Below are positions 18,272-27,800 of a stretch of 64,000 bases of DNA, in pieces. Source of the stretch: Cyanobacteria bacterium P01_D01_bin.156 (lineage in GTDB: Bacteria; Cyanobacteriota; Cyanobacteriia; Phormidesmidales; Phormidesmidaceae); assembly GCA_039024555.1 (NCBI GenBank), contig JBCCQQ010000001.1, forward strand, positions 32,001-96,000, read 5' to 3'. Under the pieces are notes generated by a model. It did not search any database. It saw only the letters and a program-made list of their open reading frames with translations, and had not been told where the DNA came from. Positions within the stretch are counted from its first letter, which is position 1. Each line of letters starts with the position of its first letter. A program made the position numbers and the translations under genes.

Positions 18272-19198
18272 ATGGATTTAGAAGAGCTATATCGTTCGCT
18301 GAGTTTTCAAGATATTGAAGAATATATTGCGATTGGACAAGAAGAAAACTTATACATTGATTTCAAGTTATTGAATAGCCCGAGCCTTGACCGTCGTGAA
18401 GATCGCAAGACGTTTGCCAAAGCTTTATCAGGGTTTGCCAATTCTAGCGGTGGCCTAATTATTTGGGGGGTCGATGCTCGTAAAAACGAGTATGGAATTG
18501 ATTGTGCATGTGATGGTCGAGAAATTCAACCTCTGTCGCTTTTTATTTCCAAACTCAATAAGTTTACTGGTGAATTCGCTTCTCCAATCATCGATGGTGT
18601 CCAGCACAAAAGAATTTCTACACAGGACGATAAAGGCTATGCTGTGACTTTTGTTCCGCCAAGTGATGCTGGCCCTCATATGGCCAAAGCAGGTGAGGAT
18701 CGTTATTACAAGCGTAGTGGTGATAGTTTTTATAAAATGGAGCATTTCGATATTGAAGACATGTTCGGGAGGAGAAAACGTCCATTATTATCATTGAAAG
18801 CAAATATCCAACCAGGAAGTATTACAACGTCTGGCAATCAGAAACACTATAGACCTAATATCACCTTGATTATTGAAAACATTGGACGTGGTAGCGCACG
18901 TTCTATATATATAGCGCTTAGATTTGAGTCTGGGCACAAGATACGTCGTCAAACGGGTTTTATTTTATCTCCGTTGCTAACTGTTGATAAAGAGAAGATT
19001 TGTTTTGGAGGCAGTTCTGATATCGTTGTTCACCCCGGAACGCATATTAATCTTTGTAATGTCGAATACGAAGTGTCAGACTCCAACGCAAGCCCTGAAA
19101 ACATTGTAATTCATTATGATGTAATAGCTGAAGATACCAGAATGCGTCATGATATACTTCAGATAATCGGCTCGGATATTTTAAGTCAGCTAGAGTAG
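18272..19198 (+). CDS. Schlafen/AlbA_2-domain protein with beta-rich C-terminal domain
   Basis: EENLYIDFK, ALSGFANSSGGLIIWGVD, PHMA...RYYKRSG motifs; C-terminal ITLIIENIG..SA (Ig-like pattern). Confidence 0.85.
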   Translation: MDLEELYRSLSFQDIEEYIAIGQEENLYIDFKLLNSPSLDRREDRKTFAKALSGFANSSGGLIIWGVDARKNEYGIDCACDGREIQPLSLFISKLNKFTGEFASPIIDGVQHKRISTQDDKGYAVTFVPPSDAGPHMAKAGEDRYYKRSGDSFYKMEHFDIEDMFGRRKRPLLSLKANIQPGSITTSGNQKHYRPNITLIIENIGRGSARSIYIALRFESGHKIRRQTGFILSPLLTVDKEKICFGGSSDIVVHPGTHINLCNVEYEVSDSNASPENIVIHYDVIAEDTRMRHDILQIIGSDILSQLE

Positions 19199-19304
19199 TA
19201 TATCTACTTTTCTTACTTCAATATTGAACGGTTTCTATAATTTCTTTGAAGCCTTGACCAAGTAAAGATGTAGGAACTATTGTTGTTGGAAGTTACTCTA
19301 ATAA

Positions 19305-19326
19305 AGGAGGCAAAGAATTGCCTCCT
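19305..19326. terminator. Hairpin between convergent genes
   Basis: AGGAGGCAA-AGAA-TTGCCTCCT; a T-rich tail follows on the - strand. Confidence 0.65.
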
Positions 19327-19338
19327 GATTTCCTGAAA

Positions 19339-20274
19339 TTAAAACAATGTAAACTGTCCTCTATCATCCTGCTCAAAATGAGTAGGCATTGGTATAGATT
19401 CTGTTTCAGCTTTAGGTAAACCTTTCTCAGATGTCTTTTGACCCACATCTCTTTCCATTTGCCTAAGGAACCTCAGCAGATGGAAGGCTGGCTGCTTTTC
19501 CCAGTGGTAACGAGATAGCTTTAGATGAGGAGTCTCACGAAACTCATTAACCTCAAGCGATAGAGTATTTGCACACCAAACACGGCAAGGTAATCCAAGC
19601 AATGCGAGCTGCATGTAAGCAATGTTAAAGAACGTCTGATTTACATCAATTGCTTCTACATAAAGTATTTCCTGTGGGTTATGTCCAAGTTCCTTGAGGG
19701 CATTGGCAAATGCGATCACCATCCCCCCAGCACCACAGCAAGGTTCAGAAAGCGTGATAAATCCTTTGCGATCAATAATGTCTTCCACATCTGCAAGTGA
19801 CATCTGGGCCATCATTTTTGCTACGGAAGAAGGTGTAAAAAACTCGCCACGGCTTCCACGCTGGGCACTACCACTCAGGTCTAATTCTTCATACAATGCC
19901 CCTAAAAAGTCTTCTCCAAACACATTTAGTGCATAGTCGGTATAACCATAAAGTTGACTCATCAGAGTCATGCCTTCCTTACCGTACTTCGGTACAAAAG
20001 CTAGATATCTATTCTCAAGTGCTTTCCAATCGTCATCAATCGGCAATAGACTTTCACGAGCCTTTGTAACTTCCGAATGATCTTCCATTCCAGATGGCAC
20101 CATCGAAGGGTTGAAGTAAGCTGTTTGATGAGCACATATCGCGCCAATTATTGCAAAATCAGCCCATGCCTCACTGTAATTATGCTTACGAGTCAGTACA
20201 GTAAATACTTCCTTAAAGCCCACCTTGCAAGCTGCAATGGAGTTTAAGTTCTTCGGTTTAACCATTCCCAACAA
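19339..20274 (-). CDS. N-6 DNA methylase (HsdM)-like protein lacking the catalytic NPP(Y/F) motif
   Basis: DFLGALYEEL, GEFFTP, EPCCGAGGM and YMQLALLG motifs present; no NPPY/F or DPPY in the translation. Confidence 0.8.
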   Translation of the reverse strand: MLGMVKPKNLNSIAACKVGFKEVFTVLTRKHNYSEAWADFAIIGAICAHQTAYFNPSMVPSGMEDHSEVTKARESLLPIDDDWKALENRYLAFVPKYGKEGMTLMSQLYGYTDYALNVFGEDFLGALYEELDLSGSAQRGSRGEFFTPSSVAKMMAQMSLADVEDIIDRKGFITLSEPCCGAGGMVIAFANALKELGHNPQEILYVEAIDVNQTFFNIAYMQLALLGLPCRVWCANTLSLEVNEFRETPHLKLSRYHWEKQPAFHLLRFLRQMERDVGQKTSEKGLPKAETESIPMPTHFEQDDRGQFTLF

Positions 20275-20340
20275 CCTCCTGAAAAACAGAAGGTCAGTTG
20301 GTACTAATTTATTTTTTTAGTCAATAAAAAACGAGAATGC

Positions 20341-20433
20341 TATAGCAATTTTGTCTCGATCGAGGTACGTCTTCAACCCCTGAGCCCTTGCCAATAAAAA
20401 ACGCCGTACTTCACTGGATATGAAAACGCTATA
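20341..20433. mobile_element. IS630-type MITE (~93 bp)
   Basis: TATAGC...GAGGTACG / CGTACTTCACTGGATATGAAAACGCTATA ends with TA; right end nearly identical to that of 38680-38773. Confidence 0.6.
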
Positions 20434-20759
20434 ATCTCCCTCTCGAAATTAACGGTGACTTTTGTTTTTTTTATTGCTGTTATCAAAGTAATAAGAGCCT
20501 AAGTGCCGAATTGATAGGCGTTGCACAGTCCTTGTCTTACTCTTTAAGCTGCTCAAACACATCTGCATTAAATCTAGGAGTAGTCAGTTCTTTAATTTTG
20601 AGGATAAACTATATGAGCATTTTCTCACATGCTTCAGTCTTTTATATTTTTATTTCTCTCATGTATCAGTTCATCCTTCAAAGAAACATCACTCAAATGT
20701 GAGTTAAAAAAGCCTTTGCTGCTTATGTTCAAAAGCTCTAAAGTATCAAGACTAATAGC

Positions 20760-23700
20760 TTAAGGAGAAACACACACCACCCGAAATCCAACATTATTGT
20801 CGCGAGTGTCTGAACCGTTTCGGAGACGCAGTGCTGAGCGGCAATGATCAGGACCGTCACACCAAGAACCACCCCGTACGATACGGAGATTTTTGTTCCC
20901 ATCTGTCACCCAAGCATCACCATTAGCCGGTGCATTGTCATAGCTAGGATGCCAATGATCTAGGCACCATTCATATACATTGCCATGCATATCTGCTAAA
21001 CCAAAAGCATTGACCCCAAAACTGCCCACCGCAACGGTAGTCTCTCGATAGCTCCCTTTTTGGCCTTGACCATAGATATAGTTGCCATTGTAGTTGGCTA
21101 CATCCGTAGATAAGGTATTTCCACAGTAAAAGGGGCTGGTTGTTTTAGCACGACAAGCATACTCCCACTCGGCTTCGGAGGGTAAGCGATAGGTGTTACC
21201 AGTGTAGAGAGAGAGACGTGTACAAAACTCCACTGCCTCGTGCCAAGTAACCCGTTCCACTGGGCGCTCGTCTCCTTTAAAGTTGGTTGGATTGCAATTA
21301 AGCTCATGAGTAATGACTGGCAGTGACGCCACAGCTCGCCATTGAGCTTGGGTAATGGGGTGTTGTCCCATCCAAAAGGGTGGGACAGTCACGTGATGCT
21401 GGGCTTCCACATCTAATCCCTTCGTATCTTCATAGGTTGGAAAATAGATTGCTCGCCCGATCTCATCCGGTGGCGACCCCATCATAAACTCGCCCCCTGG
21501 CAATGCCACCAGATCGAGAGTCAGGTTATCGGGTAAGCGCTCTTTCCAGACCTGGAAAGCCTTCACTTTGGTGATCACGTCACCCTTTCGTATCTGTAAG
21601 ATCAGCATTGGTACTGCCTCCCCGCTGGGGGCACCGGCCAATCCCAGGGCACGAGCAGCGCCCTGGCGCAAGGCCAGGGGTTGTTCCGTATCTTCTAGAG
21701 TAGCCAATAGGATGGATTGAGCCGCCTGCATCTGCCCCAAGGCTTCGACAGCAATGCGACGCAGAGCAATTTCCGTTGATTCTTGCATGAGCAGGCGTAG
21801 CAGAGCCCCTTGTCCAATGCCTAGCCGCCCTAATGTCTGTGCGGCGGCCTGCCGTGGAGTGAGAGATTGGTTCGGGTTTTCCAGCATGCCGATTAATTCT
21901 GGTTCGGCGACTTTGGCCAGTGTGCCCCGCCGACCTAGCTTAACGGCAGCCTCAGTGCGAAACTCCTCTTCAGGGGCTGAGAGTTCAGCGATTAATTTCT
22001 GAATTCGGCGGTTTTCTTGCTGCCGCAATAACTCATTTGGGTCAAGTTGAGCTGTCTCCAAGAGTCGATCGAGCAAGTTTTGGTCAATTGCACCGTAGTG
22101 AGCATTGTCTAAACAGCAGTCGTGCAAGGCTAGCAAAAAGCCGTAAATCACTTCCGGTGTTTCATTCGCTTTTAACAGTATTTGATCAATCGATGCAAAG
22201 AAATCATTCCAAGTGGCCACGGGATTGGGTTGCTGGCAAGCATGCTCGACTAAATACATGGCAGCCAAGTACTCAGCTAGCGGATCTAGCACAATACGGA
22301 TATGGTCTCCCGGTTCGGGCGCTTGCAACACCTGTAATCGCTTTTCTAAGTAGTTGAGACGATTCTTAGGCGAAGTTGAATCATCCAGCTCAGCAAGGAC
22401 TACTATCGCATCTACTTTTTTGATAGTGGTGGGGCGATAGGTTTGCTTTAAGCATGCCCAGGCAATGGCTTTAGCATCTTGCTGTACCTCAAGATTGTCC
22501 CGTTTATCGTCGGCTTCGATGGAACGATTAAGCTGATTTAGGTAACTCAGCATCAGCTTGGGCACGGAATGCGGCAAAATCGTACCAGTACGCTCACGGG
22601 CCTCAATCATATGCTCCAGGTATAGCCGTACCAAAAGCACTGTAATGTTGCGCCCTTTTACCATCTCGCTCAGGCGATCGCACCCCTTGGAGTAATGGAA
22701 GTCTTTAAATAAGTTTTGCTTGCCTTTGGCTTCCAAATAGGCAGACATAAACGGTAAGAGCCGATCAGAGTCAATGCGAAGAGGTTTTAATACTGTTTGA
22801 AGTATCCCTTTAAATTTTTCTTCTAATCGAGAGGTCACAATTAATGCCTTAGCAGGAAAGTCCGCCAGGTTCGGCTTGATTTGATTGCGGGTAGTTACTC
22901 CCATCTCCGAGAGATGATCCACGATCACCAACACCCGCTGACGCCGTAACAGTTTCACTAAGAGTTCAGTAGCAATCGGTTCAGCTTGGTCAGTCAAGGC
23001 ATTGAGTTGGCCCTGAATCGCCGCCAACAGAGTGACCTGTTCATCTAGCTCTGTTTCCACTAGCACTGGTATCATGCGATGGGTAGCGAGTTTTCCTGCC
23101 AATCCCCAACGGGCAATCTGACAAGCCAAGCTGGTTTTGCCAGTCCCCCCTTCACCACAAATCAGCAATACCGCAGTTTTTCTTTGAAACGTGGGTTTCA
23201 AGTCGGATCCTTGTAGATTAGGAATCTTGGTTTGTTCTAGCTGGATGGGCAAATGGATATGAATTGCACGCGCCTTGACATTATCCAGTTGAAAGAAAGC
23301 AGTCTGGGCTGCTGAATAATGCTGTTTAATCCAAGCATCTAGAACTCGATTTCTATACTTAAACCAGCTCAGGGGAACTTTCAACTTTATCCACGGTAGG
23401 GAAATATCCTGGGCAGGCAGTTTCAAGAGCCATAGAGGCTTGAATGTCCAAACACCTAAATACCCAACTAGCAACAAGCCGATCAAGATGATGTAGCTCT
23501 TATGCTCTTGCCAAAGTGCTTCAGAACGTTCTTGTAATGTCAGGGTCTGACTTGACGTCATTCCAGCTGGAGCAGAGGTAGGTGAGCTGGAAGTTGGGGT
23601 CTGGGCAATCGTGACTGGGACCCTCTGTGACCCAGCAATATAAATACATCTCACAGCGGTCTGGGGATTAGCCAGTGAACTTCCCGGACTGATCAGCAAC

Positions 23701-23765
23701 CCAACCGTTAAAATGTTGACCCAAAAAGATGAGTAGGCATTAATTCTCATGAACCGGTGACCCAT
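20760..23765 (-). CDS. NACHT NTPase + HEAT repeats + FGE-sulfatase (SUMF1) domain protein
   Basis: Walker A GEGGTGKT, LVIVDHLSE, RxxAAxxLG HEAT repeats; C-terminal GGEFMMGSP, RLPSEAEWEYACRA, NAFGLADMHGNVYEWC, RGGSW, GFRVV. Confidence 0.9.
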   Translation of the reverse strand: MGHRFMRINAYSSFWVNILTVGLLISPGSSLANPQTAVRCIYIAGSQRVPVTIAQTPTSSSPTSAPAGMTSSQTLTLQERSEALWQEHKSYIILIGLLLVGYLGVWTFKPLWLLKLPAQDISLPWIKLKVPLSWFKYRNRVLDAWIKQHYSAAQTAFFQLDNVKARAIHIHLPIQLEQTKIPNLQGSDLKPTFQRKTAVLLICGEGGTGKTSLACQIARWGLAGKLATHRMIPVLVETELDEQVTLLAAIQGQLNALTDQAEPIATELLVKLLRRQRVLVIVDHLSEMGVTTRNQIKPNLADFPAKALIVTSRLEEKFKGILQTVLKPLRIDSDRLLPFMSAYLEAKGKQNLFKDFHYSKGCDRLSEMVKGRNITVLLVRLYLEHMIEARERTGTILPHSVPKLMLSYLNQLNRSIEADDKRDNLEVQQDAKAIAWACLKQTYRPTTIKKVDAIVVLAELDDSTSPKNRLNYLEKRLQVLQAPEPGDHIRIVLDPLAEYLAAMYLVEHACQQPNPVATWNDFFASIDQILLKANETPEVIYGFLLALHDCCLDNAHYGAIDQNLLDRLLETAQLDPNELLRQQENRRIQKLIAELSAPEEEFRTEAAVKLGRRGTLAKVAEPELIGMLENPNQSLTPRQAAAQTLGRLGIGQGALLRLLMQESTEIALRRIAVEALGQMQAAQSILLATLEDTEQPLALRQGAARALGLAGAPSGEAVPMLILQIRKGDVITKVKAFQVWKERLPDNLTLDLVALPGGEFMMGSPPDEIGRAIYFPTYEDTKGLDVEAQHHVTVPPFWMGQHPITQAQWRAVASLPVITHELNCNPTNFKGDERPVERVTWHEAVEFCTRLSLYTGNTYRLPSEAEWEYACRAKTTSPFYCGNTLSTDVANYNGNYIYGQGQKGSYRETTVAVGSFGVNAFGLADMHGNVYEWCLDHWHPSYDNAPANGDAWVTDGNKNLRIVRGGSWCDGPDHCRSALRLRNGSDTRDNNVGFRVVCVSP

Positions 23766-24058
23766 GAATGGATGACTTTGGCATTGATTAATAGCCTATG
23801 CAAAATTTGCAAGTTTTTCGGGAAATCGAGCTGTGAAACGCCATCTTCATCTATCAGCTTGCCGATCAAGATGACATTTTATTAGACCAATGTGTTGTAC
23901 TACTAGCTCAATCAACTATGGATAATCTATTTTATCTTAAGTTAGCAGGATATCTAGTTATTCAATATTTACACAGTAATTACTCGACAAAAGTGTAATT
24001 ACAACCTGTCACACATAACGAATAATTTTGATGCCCGGACAAATAGTAATAATAAGGA

Positions 24059-24634
24059 TTATTGATCCGATTCTTTTGATTTTCGAGAATTTAAGTGGTT
24101 GATAACTTCCTCTTCTTTGATCATTGATACTTTCTGTTCAAAATCAATTCTATCTTGGAGTGCTTTTTTTTCTTCCAAGCTAAGCTTCGATAAACTGATT
24201 TCTAATGGTATAGATGTTTTGTCGTTTCTTTTAATGGAAGGATTAGCACAGCATAAAACTTCGACATTGCACTCTCCTCCCAGAAAAGCATAATGTTGGA
24301 GTTCAGATATCGTACTTTCAACAAGAGAACGACTTGATTCTTTCCCTCCATATTCCCAAGCTTTTAGCCAATTTGAGTCATAACACCTGTATGCAAAAAA
24401 ACTTCTATCACGAGTTGCATGAATCCATTCTAATGTAGGGGCATAACTTTCATCTTCATACTTAAACCCCAATATGTTAGATAAAGATATGAGCCAGGAT
24501 TCCCATTTAATTCCATCAAAAACCACATAGATACTCACTTCATTCAGGTTCTGTCCTAATACTGGCACTAGGGAGGGGAATAAAACTTCTGAATCAAAGA
24601 TATCAAAATCATCTTTTAAGCTTTCTAGTTTCAT
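24059..24634 (-). CDS. Putative immunity protein for the upstream RHS toxin
   Basis: Small, AT-rich gene 219 bp downstream of the RHS gene on the same strand. Confidence 0.55.
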   Translation of the reverse strand: MKLESLKDDFDIFDSEVLFPSLVPVLGQNLNEVSIYVVFDGIKWESWLISLSNILGFKYEDESYAPTLEWIHATRDRSFFAYRCYDSNWLKAWEYGGKESSRSLVESTISELQHYAFLGGECNVEVLCCANPSIKRNDKTSIPLEISLSKLSLEEKKALQDRIDFEQKVSMIKEEEVINHLNSRKSKESDQ

Positions 24635-24852
24635 ATAGCTCCTAGGTAAAAATCTGTTTTTCTTGATATTTCTAGCGTGATCAAAGGCTCGGAATAAATG
24701 TTTATGTTAATAGGAGTTACACAATGTACAAAATCGCCAATATAAGGATTTATGAATTCAAAGGGAGCTAGCCTGCTTCTAAAACCGTTGCTAAAAGTAT
24801 AAATGCATATTTCGATTTTCTGTCAATGAGTAAGCCGAGTTAAGGAGATTAT

Positions 24853-27800
24853 TTATCGATAAACTTTGTCAATCTGTGACCAATCAACAAACCGAATTAT
24901 TTCAGATTGCCTTGTCGCAAAATTATTAATTTGTACGGTTGGATTTCTACTACTGCTTCTAAGAAGTACTTGAAAAACGAGTTCTCCATTTTTGACTACT
25001 CTATAATCGGTAGTAGATGCTTGGCCGGTAAATTTTATAAAGAAATCTTTTGCCCCTTGAGTACCACCTACAAGCTGTGTCTGATATGTTCTAATGAAAA
25101 CTCCACCCTTATTGAGAAATGGTTTAACTTTATCCTGAATCCCGGCTAATGGAGTGCCGACACCTGCTGTATATCTCAGAGTTGAAGCCGAAAACTGTTT
25201 TAGCAAGAAAATTGCTCTACCTAATGATAGAGCTCCACTCGCGACTTCAGCTTCAAGGCTGAAGTTTTTGATCGAATGCTCGGGGAAAACGACTCGACCT
25301 GAGGGATCGATGAAATTTATTGGATTATTGATTGCATAAAAGTAATCATGCAAGGTTTCAGGAAATGCTGGATAACCATCAAATGGATCTTGAGACGTAA
25401 ATCTTCCAGTTGCCGGATCGTAATATCTTGCTCTCAAGTAAGTCAGCCCTGTTTCGCTATCAAACTGTTCACCAGTAAACAGATAGTTATTGTTTGTATC
25501 TTCAATACTATATAACGGCTGACCGTAGGCATCATAAATATATCTGTCGGTTGCTACCCCACTTAAATTTGTCAGTATCCGAGTACTACCTAATCCATCA
25601 ACCTGATAGAAGAAGTGCTCATCGTCCTGCTTCTGAGAGACCAAATCTAGCCCATGAACATAAGATGCTAATACCTGATCACTTGAACGATATTCTTCAA
25701 TTACCTGGACATACTCTTGTTGAGTCTTGTCAACTAGGAAGTGGGTCTCTTCTCCATTAACAGTTATAGAAACCCGAATACCTTCGTGGTCATATTGATA
25801 CTCAATTCGACCAGTTTCTCCTCCTTCTACAATATCAACCGCAACTAACTCACCTTCAGCATTCCATTGATACGTTGCAGCATTTTCGCCATTCTGAAGC
25901 TTGACTCTCAGATTTCCATTGTCGTCATAGCGATATTTAGTCACCAGACCATTCAAGGTTTCAGTGAGTAGCCTATCGTTATTGTCGTAGGTGTACGTGG
26001 TTGTTCCTTCAAGAGAGTCACTATGCTCTAAGCGATTACCCACATTGTCAAAGTTGTATTCAATAATGCGATTGCCATTGACTGCATCGCTAATGGTTTC
26101 TCGCTCAATTTGATAGAGAGCATCGTAGTCATATTCAACAATTCTTCCTGAATTCTCTTCAACTTTGGTGCGATTTCCGACTGGATCAAGGGTGTAGCGA
26201 TAGCTTGAAAGCACCTCATCGTCATTGCGATTTTCTAAGAAGAGTAATCGATTGAGTGGATCGTATTCACGAGTTTCAATCACGCTGTTAGGAAATGCAG
26301 TTTGAATGAGATTTCTGACAGCATCATAGGTATAGGTCGTCAGTCCTCCATCTGGATCGCTGACTGTTTCTAAACGATTGAGTGCATCGTAGGTGTAGGT
26401 AATAGTGCCAGACGGTGTCGTGAGCGATCGCACGTTTCCAGCATCGTCATAGGTGTAGGAAATGACTCGACCATCCGGCTCTGTACGATTTACCAGGCGG
26501 TCCCTCTCATCGTAGAGGTAGACAGTTACCCCTCTGTCATCAGTAACTGTCTGAAGCTGGCCTGTTGCCGTATACGTATACAGCTCGTCAGCCTCATCGG
26601 GAAGTCGCTTTGCGATCAGCCGATTGCGCTCATCATATTCGTAGGTGATGGTATCTACATTGAAATCAGTTGTGCTAATTACGTTACCTACGAGGTCATA
26701 TTCTGTTTCAGATGTTTGGTCCAACGGCAATGTCATGCCTGTACGTCGGCCAACACCGTCATACTCAAAGGTTGTGACATGATTGTTGGCATCAATCTGT
26801 TCAATGATGTTTCCTATCAAGTCACGGTTATACACAGTGCGATTGCCAAGGGCATCTACCACCACCGTTAGACGTCCAAAGGGATCATATTCAAATTGAG
26901 TGGTAATACCGACCTGGTCAATTTCAGCCTCCACGTAGCCTAAGGCATTGTAGACAGAAGTTCTGCGAGACCCATCGGCAAACTCAGTTTCCGTGAGTTG
27001 TCCCAATGCATCGTAGATAAACGATGTGGTATGCCCTAATGCATCCGTGATGGAGTCTTGATTCCCCGCATCGTCATACGTGAATGAGGTTACATTCCCC
27101 AGTGCATCTGTCTGCTCGATGAGACGACTCGCACGGTCATACTCAAATTCAGTACGATTACCTCGTTCATCAATTTCAGCCTTGACTAAGCCATTGCCAA
27201 AATACTCAGTCTGAATACGAGGATTATCGTCTAGGATTGCAGGTGTATCGTCAGGATATATCGTTTGAACAATGCGTCCCAGCTCATCGTAGATAAAGAA
27301 TGTGGTGCGTCCTGCTTCATCCGTAGTTGAAATGAGTCGGTCTAAGGCGTCGTACTCATTAACTTCTCTAGGATTATTCGATAGATTCTCTAGCGTGCTG
27401 TCAGGGTAAATGGTTTCAATTAATAGCCCACGAGTGTTGTAACGGAATTCTGTTTCTCGTCCCAGGGCATCAATCGTTGTCACCCGATCACCTAAGCCGT
27501 TGTAGACAGTGGTCTCGACACCACCTTCAGGATCGGTTACTGAAGTTACTCTCCCTTCATCGTCAACTGTATAGGTGTAGGTATCATCTAGCGGGTTAGT
27601 GAAGGATTGCAGATTACCATTCGTATCGTAGGTGAAGAGACTAATGCCAACCGTTGGATCAACGATGCGCGTGAGATTGCCCACCGTATCATAGTCAAAT
27701 GTAGTTTCATTGCCTAATGGATCGGTGAGCTTATCGAGTAGACCCAGCTCGTCGTACTCATAGGTGGTTATATGCCCTTCAGCATCTTCACGCTCGATGA

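Noticed and set aside
20760..21500. DGR target (FGE-sulfatase/CLec C-terminus)
   Set aside because: The fold is a known DGR target type, but no reverse transcriptase or template-repeat copy was seen in this window.
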